A stretch of 64,000 nucleotides of DNA, taken from assembly GCA_043228905.1 (NCBI GenBank), contig JBHGNT010000015.1, positions 18,290,001 to 18,354,000 on the forward strand. Reading direction: 5' to 3'. This document shows, piece by piece, positions 9,350 through 19,728 of the stretch. The number at the start of each line of letters is the position of its first letter. Position 1 is the stretch's first letter. Under the pieces are notes generated by a model. It worked only from the letters and a program-made list of their open reading frames with translations. It was not told the DNA's origin and searched no databases. This DNA comes from Azolla caroliniana (Eukaryota > Plantae > Polypodiophyta). The position numbers and the translations under genes were made by a program.

Positions 9350-12300
9350 AACGACCTACAGTCTGTCATACACAGGGAATAAACAGGAATCGAGTGCTTC
9401 AAGATCTTCCGCACAGACGACATTGCTTCCAACATCTGGTATCAGAGCCTGCACAGTGGTCGGTTCTTCAATCCGCTGTCGGCCGTCGTCTCTGCATTCG
9501 GTTCCCTGCGTCATTCGAAGAAGAGAGAAGAAGAAGAAAAACCAGGTTTGCATCTCATCGCGTTAGATCATCTTTGTTTGGAGTAAGCCAGCAGGTTGTA
9601 CTCCGCTCCCCGTGATCGTAACCGCTCGAGGTGAAATCCCCTTGTGCAACCCTGACAACAACCCAAATTCATGCTTCATCTGGCTGATCGACATTCGGGA
9701 AGATCAGTCGGATCCGTCTCTCTCGTCGCTGCAGTCAACCGAAGCAAAATCGGTTCAGATAATCGGTTTTAATAATCGGTATTCGGCATATATATCCGAC
9801 TCGGCAACATTCGGGAAGACCAGTCGGTTCTGTCCCTCAAGTTACCGGAGTCAATTCGAGCAAGTTCCGAAGCCGAACCGACTCGGGTTCAAATCCGACT
9901 AGAACGATATCGGGTGAGCCAACCGGCTGCACTCCAACAAGGTTCGTAGTCAACTCCGAACCGAGCTTCGTCAACTGAAACCGAATTTGATGGCATCAAC
10001 ATCCGGCTCGTCAGAAATGAGTCTACGAAAGTTCGATGGATCGAACTTCAACTTCTGGAAGGAACAAATGCAGGACTATCTCATAGTCAAGGGGCAGATC
10101 GATCCCATCGAAAATGAAGAACCTCCAGAAGGATACAAACCAATTGAGTGGCAGAAGCTGGACAGAATCGTCCGCGCCACGATTCGGATGCACCTATCGG
10201 AATCGGTATACTTTACGGTGCAATCGTGTACAACAGCATTCGAACTGTGGAAAACACTGTCGGACACTTACGAAAAGAAGGTCGCCGCAACGAAGATGTT
10301 TCTGATCCGGCGCCTCTACAACCTGCGGATGAAAGAATCCGATTCGGTTCAAGCACACCTCAATGAGTACGAAAGCATCAGCTCCCAAATCTCATCTCAG
10401 GTGACGGCAATCGAGGATGAACTCAGAGCAATGATACTCATGAGCAGCCTTCCCTCATCATGGGAAACTTTCGTCACAACCGTGTGCAACGCGTCAACCA
10501 CGGCTGTTAAATACTCCGAAGTCACGAGCGCAATCCTGACCGAAGCAGCTCGGAGAAAGTCCTTCGCCAAAGACTCAACAGAAGACGCTTATGTAGTACA
10601 AGGTTCGACAGACCGATCGAACATACGAGGAAGAGATTCCTCACGACCGCCGAACAATCAGCGAAGACGGAGCCAGTCACGGGATAACCGAACCTGCAAC
10701 TACTGCAAGAAACCCGGACACATCAAAGCCGACTGCCGCGCACTCAAGAACAAGAACAACAAGAAGAGTGGCCGGCATGAGGAGGTCAACTACGTCAGCT
10801 TCTCAGCTGATGTGCTACCAGACGACCCGAATATACTATCAATCGAAAATCCAGTCGGATCAGAAGTTCTACTCACGACTGAAGAGTCGAGCACATGGCT
10901 CTTAGATTCGGGCGCGTCGTTTCACGTGACTCCTCATCGATCACAATTTCGGCAATATACGATCCGTCACTCCGACTCAGTTCGAGTCGGTAACTCGCAA
11001 CACTGCGACATCATCGGAATCGGCACAGTAGAGCTCAACCTTGCAGGTGGCTCAACACTTGTACTCCACAATGTCCGACATGTACCCGAGCTCTCAAGGC
11101 CATTGATCTCAGTCGGACAACTAGATGAAGACGGCATTCGTGCCGGTTTTTCTTCGGGAGGGTGGACACTCCACAGGGGGAACCTCCTGCTTGCTAGAGG
11201 ACCTAAGATACACTCATTGTATCCGCTACATGTTACGCTCAGAGAGGGTAACCTGTTTTTGGTGGATATTCCTGTGTCATCACTATGGCACCGAAGATTA
11301 GGACACCTCAGCAAGGCCGGCATCACGCACCTATCCAGAGCCGGGTACATCCCCAAACTCTCCTTCTCCGACCATCAATTCTGCGAGCATTGCCAGTATG
11401 GCAAACAAGTAGCCGCATCACACCCGACATCAGCACCAAAAGAAACGAGACCTCTCGATTTAGTCCATTCGGACGTCTGTGGCCCAATGCCGCATCAGTC
11501 TCTAGGCGGTGCCTCTTACTTCGTCAGTTTTATTGACGATTCGACTCGAAAGGTGTGGGCTTATCCGATTCGCACCAAAGATCGTGTCTTCTCGATCTTC
11601 TCAGATTGGCTCGCTATGGTAGAAAATCAAACCGACCGAAAGCTGAAATGCCTTCGGACAGACAATGGGGGAGAGTTCAAATCCGATGAATTCGTCAAAT
11701 TCTGCCGACAACGCGGCATCCGACGTGAATTTACGGCACCACACAGTCCGGAGCAAAACGGGATTGCAGAACGAATGAATCGGACGATCCAAGAAAGGAT
11801 AGTTTCCATGCTCCAACACTCCGGACTGTCGGATGGCTTCTGGGCAGAGGCTCTACTCACGGCAGTACACATAATCAATATGTCGCCAAGTAGACCTCTA
11901 GGACTTCAAATTCCTCAGGAACTATGGATCGGCAGTAAGCCGAATTACGACAAGCTGAGGATCTTCGGATGCGAGGCGTACGCCCTTATTCCGAAAGATG
12001 ATCGCCGAAAACTTGCACCTCGGTCCAGGAAATGCATTTTCCTTGGATATGGATCAGACGGCGAAATGGGATACCGACTCTGGGACCCCGAACGCAGACA
12101 AATCGTCCGAAGTTCGGACGTTGTGTTCAACGAGTCGGCTATGAACCCATCAGTCGAAAAACCAATCGAAGTCCGAAGGGTAACATTCTCCGATGTGCCG
12201 ACCCTTCAAGAAGGCCCCGCTCTCAACACACGGTCAGCTTCACGGGCAGCTGAACCTTATACTACCGACTCGGACAACTCTGACTCGGCACAGCCGAATG

Positions 12301-14365
12301 ATTCGGTTTCGGACCATCCGACCTCGATACCCGATGCGAACAGCCCAATCCTACTTCGACGATCCGAGAGACTGTCGCAACCTCCGGAGAGATATTCTCC
12401 TGGAATTTTCTTCACCGACGCCGGCGAACCGACGTCTTACGAAGAAGCATCGACATCTGTCGATTCAGCCACCTGGCATCTGGCGATGGAGTCGGAAATG
12501 CACTCCATTCGGGCGAACAAGACTTGGGATCTGGTCGAATTACCTAGGAACCGACGTGCTCTTCCTTGCAAGTGGGTTTATCGACTAAAAGAGACGTCAG
12601 ATTCGACCACCCCAAAGTACAAGGCCAGATTAGTTGCGAAGGGCTTCCGACAAGAATATGGCGTCGACTTCGACGAGATTTTTTCACCAGTGGTGAAAAT
12701 GACAACCCTTCGTCTTCTGCTCGGCGTCGTGGCAGCCGACAACTTGGAGCTGATTCAGCTAGATGTAAAAACAGCCTTCCTCCATGGTGATCTCGAGGAG
12801 GAAATTTATATGGAGCAGCCAAAAGGCTTCGTGGCAACTGGCCAAGAACATCTAGTCTGCCGACTCAGGAAGAGTCTATACGGCCTCAAACAGGCACCGC
12901 GACAATGGTACAAGAAGTTCGACGACTTCATCCAATCGATCGGCTTCTCAAAAAGCGATGAGGACCATTGTCTCTTCACCAACACAGCTCAAGATGGATC
13001 ACCCATCTTCCTCATCATTTACGTGGACGACATGCTGATCTCTGGACGCCACGCGGGCGAACTTGCCGATCTCGTTCGGCAACTGCGGTTGAAGTTTGCC
13101 ATGAAGGACCTCGGTCCGGCACGACACATCCTTGGCATGAAGATTAGTCGGCATCGCAATACACGACATCTTTTTTTGTCTCAGACCGACTATATCGGAC
13201 GTGTCTTGGAACGCTTCAACATGCAATCAGCCAAATCTGCTTCAACCCCACTCCCTATGAATCTTCGGCTCTCTCAGCGAGACTGCCCGACATCCGGTTC
13301 GGAGGGGGAAGATATGAAGTCGGTACCGTATGCACCGGCAGTCGGCTCCCTTATGTACCTGATGGTCGCGACACGGCCTGACATCTCTCATGCCGTAGGA
13401 GTCGTTAGCAGATTTATGCACAATCCTGGCCGATCGCATTGGAACGCAGTCAAGCATGTGTTCAGATATCTGGCTGGCACAAAAGATCACGGCATTCTTT
13501 TCTGTCCGAACCGAACCTCAGGCGTAGTCGGTTACACCGACTCGGACTTCGCCGGCTGTATAGACAGTCGGAAATCAACAACCGGATACTGCTTCAAATT
13601 CGGCAATGGAGCAATCTCGTGGAAGTCGAAACTTCAGGAGTGCACAGCGACCTCAACGACCGAAGCAGAATATGTAGCTGCGTCCGACGCAGCAAAAGAA
13701 GCTTTGTGGCTCGGTCGGCTGGCGCACACGTTTCGACAAGTCGAACATGACTCGGCTCCAGTTGTCTACAGCGACAGTCAAGGTGCTGTTGCCTTGTCGA
13801 AAAATCCGGTTCACCACAACGCCTCCAAACATATCGACGTTCGATATCACTTCGTTCGGGACTGCGTCATTTCAGGGAAAATCGGTCTAGAGAAAATATC
13901 CACAACCGACAATGTCGCAGATGGAATGACCAAGTGTCTTTCGGCAGACCGTTTTCGGTCTCTTCGGCATCAGATGGGCGTAACGACAAACCAGTCCGGT
14001 TAGAGCCGGACACAGAGCAGGATGGTTCCCGACAACCGACATCAGTTCCTTAATGATCGGCTTCAACTGTTCCGACCCGACCAGTTCGGTCTTCTGCCTT
14101 CGGACCCTGCCGACTCGAACAAAGCTGATATGTCCGAGAACCTAAGTCTATACCTGTAACCTTAGATAACCCATGTATACGCCCATTACGGGGGAGTGTC
14201 GAATACCTGTGTATAATGGACGTATTCACACCATCCCGTTTTGGCCATTTATGTAATTAGCATAAAGGGTAGTTGCCCTAAGTCGGTCACTATATATAGT
14301 GACCTTGTAACCTCTTTGTGAGGTTGGTTGTTGTATTGTTGCTTTATGAAATAAGAAACTCTTTT

Positions 14366-14412
<47 letters not shown>

Positions 14413-14498
14413 CAACGACCTACAGTCTGTCATACACAGGGAATAAACAGGAATCGAGTGCTTCAAGATCTTCCGCACAGACGACATTGCTTCCAACA
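9123..14498 (+). mobile_element. Full-length, apparently intact Ty1/copia element
   Basis: LTRs 9123-9434 and 14197-14498 look identical apart from the (CT)n tract. TSD AAGAG, tRNA-iMet PBS TGGTATCAGAGC at 9437-9448, PPT ACGGGGGAG at 14188-14196. Confidence 0.97.
9990..14003 (+). CDS. Copia Gag-Pol polyprotein (1337 aa from the ATG)
   Basis: Single ORF with gag, CCHC knuckle CNYCKKPGHIKADC, protease WLLDSGAS, integrase HHCC plus DDE, RT IYVDDM and RNase H GYTDSD/TEAEY. Confidence 0.97.
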   Translation: MASTSGSSEMSLRKFDGSNFNFWKEQMQDYLIVKGQIDPIENEEPPEGYKPIEWQKLDRIVRATIRMHLSESVYFTVQSCTTAFELWKTLSDTYEKKVAATKMFLIRRLYNLRMKESDSVQAHLNEYESISSQISSQVTAIEDELRAMILMSSLPSSWETFVTTVCNASTTAVKYSEVTSAILTEAARRKSFAKDSTEDAYVVQGSTDRSNIRGRDSSRPPNNQRRRSQSRDNRTCNYCKKPGHIKADCRALKNKNNKKSGRHEEVNYVSFSADVLPDDPNILSIENPVGSEVLLTTEESSTWLLDSGASFHVTPHRSQFRQYTIRHSDSVRVGNSQHCDIIGIGTVELNLAGGSTLVLHNVRHVPELSRPLISVGQLDEDGIRAGFSSGGWTLHRGNLLLARGPKIHSLYPLHVTLREGNLFLVDIPVSSLWHRRLGHLSKAGITHLSRAGYIPKLSFSDHQFCEHCQYGKQVAASHPTSAPKETRPLDLVHSDVCGPMPHQSLGGASYFVSFIDDSTRKVWAYPIRTKDRVFSIFSDWLAMVENQTDRKLKCLRTDNGGEFKSDEFVKFCRQRGIRREFTAPHSPEQNGIAERMNRTIQERIVSMLQHSGLSDGFWAEALLTAVHIINMSPSRPLGLQIPQELWIGSKPNYDKLRIFGCEAYALIPKDDRRKLAPRSRKCIFLGYGSDGEMGYRLWDPERRQIVRSSDVVFNESAMNPSVEKPIEVRRVTFSDVPTLQEGPALNTRSASRAAEPYTTDSDNSDSAQPNDSVSDHPTSIPDANSPILLRRSERLSQPPERYSPGIFFTDAGEPTSYEEASTSVDSATWHLAMESEMHSIRANKTWDLVELPRNRRALPCKWVYRLKETSDSTTPKYKARLVAKGFRQEYGVDFDEIFSPVVKMTTLRLLLGVVAADNLELIQLDVKTAFLHGDLEEEIYMEQPKGFVATGQEHLVCRLRKSLYGLKQAPRQWYKKFDDFIQSIGFSKSDEDHCLFTNTAQDGSPIFLIIYVDDMLISGRHAGELADLVRQLRLKFAMKDLGPARHILGMKISRHRNTRHLFLSQTDYIGRVLERFNMQSAKSASTPLPMNLRLSQRDCPTSGSEGEDMKSVPYAPAVGSLMYLMVATRPDISHAVGVVSRFMHNPGRSHWNAVKHVFRYLAGTKDHGILFCPNRTSGVVGYTDSDFAGCIDSRKSTTGYCFKFGNGAISWKSKLQECTATSTTEAEYVAASDAAKEALWLGRLAHTFRQVEHDSAPVVYSDSQGAVALSKNPVHHNASKHIDVRYHFVRDCVISGKIGLEKISTTDNVADGMTKCLSADRFRSLRHQMGVTTNQSG

Positions 14499-17386
14499 AA
14501 GAGCCCTCCACACCAATTCCGGAGACTTTGGCATTCGAGCCCGTGTGCAGAGCAACGTATTGAAGATTACGAAGGACAGCGAAGTGGAGGACCGACACGA
14601 GTGTTGGGAAGGAAGTGTGCCTTCGTGGGAAGGTACACAAAGGACGGAGCAAGAGGCGTGCATATGGTCGCTCGAGGACCAAAGGACGAGCATGCATTCG
14701 GAGGAGCCGCGGTGGGTGACCGACGATGGAGGTCAGATTGAGCCTACGAAGAGGCAAGCGCGAACTGAATAGGACGACAACCCGAAAGTTGACGTTTCGG
14801 GACTCATAGAGGCCAACACGACAACCGGGTATCGGAATGGTGGAGGACCCTGTTGATCACCGTCACCGAAAATCTCTCACCTTCTTTCCCTCTTGGCACA
14901 TTCCGGTGGATGTGTAGTTTGGTGGGGGTGGATGTCGTGAAGATTTTCGAATACGATGAGAAAACCTGATGGAATGGGCAAAGTCGTCGATGTGCAACAT
15001 GTGCACCTGTACACTAGGAAATGTATGTAAAATATAGGGGGGGTATTTATCCCACATTGTAAGGTCCTTCCCTCCTTGTGCTATAAAAGGAAGGGAGTGT
15101 CTCTTGTGAAAGGGTTGTTCATTTTGAGTTAGGAGGGTATACTGCTAGATCTAAGGTATGATAGTTTGTCTCTATTTCTTACTTTCTTTTAGGGTTTCTG
15201 TTAGGTCTTCTTCTTCGTCATCATGCGGGTGGAGTCTTTGTGTCTGTTAAGGGTTTAGTCTAGTTGAGAGCTCGTGTGCAAGACCCCGCTCGATGTGACG
15301 AGCCCGAGAGCTCCCTGATCGGCGACTTGGCAGCAGACCGTTATTGTAACCTAATCTACCTTTGACCGGCTCAAAGCCGGAGTTGTATCTTGCTCTTGTA
15401 TATATATAAGTGAAGTTTTGTGAATATGTGTCTATGTCGGTGTCTTTGGAGTTCTTTCTGTCCGGTTTTTGTAGATAGGAAGCGTGTGTCTCGTCAGTGT
15501 TGTGTGCGTGTCCTGTTTCCTCTCTCCTTCAGTTGCTCCTGGTACATATCCGGAAATGCTTTGGTTGGCGTTCTGGCCGGTCGCCGAAAACGGTGAAGCT
15601 CGACCTTCAATGCTCCGTCTCTCTCAGATCCAAGACCCCGGTGGTCCAACACATATCCGCATATTTCCGCGACAACGGTATTCGCATTCACCCTTGAAGC
15701 ATTTGGTTCCTCCATAACTTGCCTCTTTCTTTTCATGAGATCCAGGAGGAGATCGTGGAACTCTTTCTTTGCTATTCCGAGCAATTCTAGTAGAGAAAAC
15801 TCCACCCAACTCTCAAGGATTCTCTCTTCGAACACCTTCTTTAGGTCCGTCTGTTGTTTGATGTCGAAGGCGACTTTGAATGCCGAAGTCATTTTTTCTT
15901 TTCCTTTCCCTTCGCAACTCCAACTCTCTGGCGTCTTCGATGGTCCAGCCGCATCATCCATGCGTCGTCGTTTCTCATTTACATACCTTGTGTAATTGAC
16001 CTAAGGCATATACGTTATTCTTATCTACGGGGCACTCCCATCCCATAGCTTCTTGGATACCTTCTGTACTCCGGATTTCATCAAAGTCGGTTTTTCCTGA
16101 GATTTCTAACACCTCTGGTCAGAAAGACAACATCACTCTAGATGTTTCACCCACACGTATTCCGCGGTTGTCGCATAATTGCTTTTTGCTGTTGTCTCCT
16201 CGTCTAGGACCTTCTTCATGCCGCCTTTTCGGGAGCTCGGTCGGAGTGGCATCCGAGAGTCCATCGAATGGATCCGATTTCCTTCATAGTACAAGAGTCC
16301 CGCCGTAGAGCCTCCTTGTGCTCATCACAATCTTTCCGATCATGTTCGGTGCTATCGCACCACATGCATCGACGGTCCATATACTTGGAACTTGTGGGAC
16401 AGTCTTCTTACTTCTTCACCATCACGATTTTGAGATTCTCCATCTCCTTTAGCAACTGCTCCACCATGGTTGCATTGATTCCCTTCTCAGTCGTAGTCTC
16501 CCGAGCCCATGGTTGATGGTCTTCCAATCCAACTCTTGGTCTCGAAATTGGTTCCGAAACCCTCTGTTGTTCACCTAAGTCGGCCTAAGTGGGAAAAGGT
16601 GGAAGAAAGGGAAGGATTGGACTCAGAATCATCCGTAGCATAATGATGAGGACGAATTGTTAAGATGAAGCATTTTTGAATGCTTGTAATGCTTCACGCG
16701 CCAAGCGTAACCGACCATGACCTGTATATAAAGGGCATGGAAAACTTGTAAAGGGTAGCTTAGATATTTGGGTAATCTCTGAAATATAGTCGTATTGTCT
16801 CTGATTTGTTGTGTCTTAGTGTTCTTCTTTACGTATTCTCTATGTCTAGTAATTGCGTAAGCGTGTCTGTGTAAAAGCAACACATTGTGCGAAGGAGATC
16901 GGTTGTAGCCGTCTCCCAAGGACCCTTTCCCCATACAGCAATTTGTGATAGACTGTATACGCTCTCCATTCTCTGCACTACAATCTCCTTCAGCCGTACC
17001 CCGAAGGACTGAGGGTAGGCCGTGTTAACCCTAGCCGGTAACACTTTTGCCACGCCTGGTGATCTATGATTCTCACAACCGAACATAAGGGAATGGATGT
17101 CTGGTCATCGACGCAACAGAGAACCAAATCGTCAGGATAGACCGCAGATTCGGTCAGTAACCCGAAGGGCAGAAGAACACGCTAGGCAAAAACCACGTCT
17201 CAACGACTGTTTTTTGACTCTCTCAGAAAATACACTTGAGTCAACGCTTACCGAGCAAAGCGGGACTAGGCAGGAGGTCCTATGCCCACTTCACCATTAT
17301 AGTGAAACCACCACCACATCACAAACCTCCCCACACCACGTCAGCGGTAGTTACCCCAGCACCAGTTAGTCTTGAGCGCTAACAAT

Positions 17387-17781
17387 TGTCATAGTATTGG
17401 ATGAAAGCACGATAAGAAGATTAGTATAAAGGGAAGGAGGAATACAAAGCTGAAGAGAATTCGGTTCAAACTATCAAGAATCGTACTAGTGTTAGGATTT
17501 CGGTTCCTCCGGATGCGATGATGAAGGCCCGATGAGAACCGGATGATGAGTACCCGGCAAGGAAGACCTGGTGAGAACCAGATGTTGCAGGCCCAGTGAG
17601 AACCTCTCACCAGATGAAGGGACATATATGTAAATATGTTTCCAGAGAGCCCACTGGGGCTATATTTGTAAATAGCCCTAAGTCATATTAGTATAAATAT
17701 GACCTAGGGCAAACTCTTGATCAGAGTTGTCATTTTTGTTGTATAGTGTTATTGAGTGTAACTGTTGTAGAGAGCATAACA

Positions 17782-17825
<44 letters not shown>

Positions 17826-18530
17826 GAGTAAGTCTCTGTTGTAACCGCCGCCAGGCGAAGATTGTGAGGACGAGGTCGTTGCCTTTGTTTCTTCATTGTA
17901 TTCTCCTCATATAGTGATAGTTTGGAGTCTGTGGGCTCCCATGGTTTTTCCCGTTTAGGGTTTTCCACGTTAACATCTTGTGCATTCTCTTCTGTTTATG
18001 TACTTACTTCCATTTCTCCATTTTTTACTGTGTTTGATTATCATTAAGTGATCTAATTCTCGGTTGTGGCCGAAGATTATTCCGCATATTCTCGTCAACT
18101 AGAGTCAAGGAGAATTAGTACTAAAGATAGAGGAGAAGAATGAGGATTAGTACTAAGAAGGGAAAGAGTGTGTGAGAACCACGAGAGAGAAGAGAGAGAC
18201 AAACAAACAAAGAAATAGAGAGTAGAGAGAGATAATGATGACAACAAGGAGTATATTATATTATATGAAGAAAGATACAAGAATAGCTAGGAGGCTTAAG
18301 ACTGACGTTGAACCGAATTGGTTTGGAATAATGCCTTATGCCTCTATTTATAGTGTTGTGAAGATTACTCTTTAAGTTTCTAGAATGTTCCAGAGTAATC
18401 TAGAACATATATGAATTAAACTAAATTTTTTTTTATTGTAATGCATTGTTTAATGGCAAGGGTTTCGCCCATGTAGCGCAAGGTCATGGGTTCGACTCCG
18501 TTCGGAGCCATACCATGCCATATCATGACA
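17387..18530 (-). repeat. Probable LTR with TGTCAT...ATGACA ends, itself interrupted by a solo LTR
   Basis: Inverted TGTCAT/ATGACA termini, CTATAAATAG on minus near 18344, followed by a CT-rich tract. No matching TSD, so the left boundary is uncertain. Confidence 0.5.
17490..18097 (+). mobile_element. Solo LTR (608 bp) related to the LTR at 2785-3484
   Basis: TGTTAGG...CGTCA with 5-bp TSD ACTAG (17485-17489 and 18098-18102). Confidence 0.92.
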
Positions 18531-19728
18531 CCGCGGTTTCCACGGCCAAATTCTTGTATGAGCACATTTGGTGCCATTTTGGTTGTCCTATCGAGCTCAT
18601 CAACGATCAAGGAAGCTATTTTTTGAATACGGTCATCCACGATCTCACTGAACATTATGCCGTAGTCTATAAGAAAAGCATGTCGTATTATCCACAGGCA
18701 AATGGTCTCGCGGAGTTGACAAATAAAACACTCTAGAATATCTTGAAAAAGATCGTCAACGACAACCACACGGATTGGGACACGAAGTTGCATAGCACCT
18801 TATGGGCATACCGCACTATCTTCAAAACCAGTGTCCAATCAACACCATTCTGGCTACCCTTAGGACTAGAAGCCGTAATGCCTATAGAGTTTCGAGTACC
18901 GAGTTCATGCATACAGGTCCATGAACACCTTTTAGAGAGATAGTCCGAACAAATCCGCTTACAGCAACTACTCGAACTGGGGGAAGACAGAGTCCACAAC
19001 ATGGCAATTTTGGAGCACAAGCAACGGTGGTGGAAGGCATTCGTGGACCGGCACTGTGGCACCAACGCGAAGTACTTTGAGATGGGGAAAGCGGTGTCGC
19101 GTTGTTACGCGCATGCGTGGAGAACGAGGCGGGACCACCGGGGCCTCGGACCAAGAAATAACCGAATGAAGGGAGGGGAAGGACTCTTACGATGTAATTC
19201 ACACGCGCACAGACCCATAGAATCACAGGAATTGCAATTAGCTACAGAACGCCAGATGGAGAAAGAATGAACGTTTACGTATGTATATATAAATCAAGGT
19301 GTTACAACCGGCAAGCCGGCGAGTGATGGGCACCGACGCCTACGCACACACACACACACACAGAACGCGAGATGGAGACTCTGCCGGTAGCACTCGGGCG
19401 TCTCGCTGAGCAGAGTCAGCCTCCCAAAACCAGCACAGAACAATTAAAGGGGGGACGGAAAAGAGGAGAAGGGCTTGGTCCCTGTCCAGCAGCACTTCGT
19501 CCTCTACTAAAACGCGATATATTTTCCATACCTCTCCCTCTCTTTTATAGCCTAAGGAGAGAGGTCGTTACCATCTATCACATCATGTTTATTCCCTATC
19601 CTTTCGGACAAGGATACGGCTCGATTCTCTCCCTACTGAATGCGTGCTACTTAGGATTTCGCCTCAGGCGACTTGTACCTACCTACGGACTATACAACAA
19701 AACTTGTGCCCACGTGTAAGGGCTGGTT

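Larger units (their letters stand above)
7134..15674 (+). mobile_element. Non-autonomous LTR element (family B type): two LTRs, tRNA-Trp PBS, gag remnant, no pol
   Basis: LTRs 7134-8429 (interrupted by a solo LTR) and 14933-15674. PBS TGGTGAACCCAACGTGA from 8434. PPT GGTGGGGGTGGA before 14933. 4-bp TSD ACGG. Its own internal region is only ~1.1 kb, with a gag-like ORF at 8447-8782. Confidence 0.85.
6450..16564 (-). mobile_element. Decayed gypsy family-B gag/protease relic, present as two pieces (6450-7133 and 15675-16564) split by a nested insertion
   Basis: INHGSEINLMSKEFYRKGKWPINTSHGWKIRA and HWARATKET match the ORF at 28307-28705. The peptide ...VNANTV|LMNDTKVEDE rejoins when 7134-15674 and one ACGG are removed. 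Confidence 0.8.
16565..19094 (+). mobile_element. Decayed gypsy family-A copy: 5' LTR, PBS, gag start and an integrase fragment
   Basis: LTR 16565-17043 followed by CTTTTGCCACGCCTGGTGA (Arg-type PBS with one change). REPNRQDRPQIRSVTRRAEEHARQKPRL matches the gag start near 5950. Integrase core INDQGSYF...YYPQANGLAE...LWAYRT lies at 18531-19094. Assigning the integrase piece to this copy is inference. Confidence 0.75.

Noticed and set aside
9175-9615. RERERE/LSLSLS ORFs over LTRs
   Set aside because: They are artefacts of the (CT)n tract.
18445-18515. Functional tRNA gene
   Set aside because: The acceptor and T stems do not pair; it is kept only as a possible remnant.
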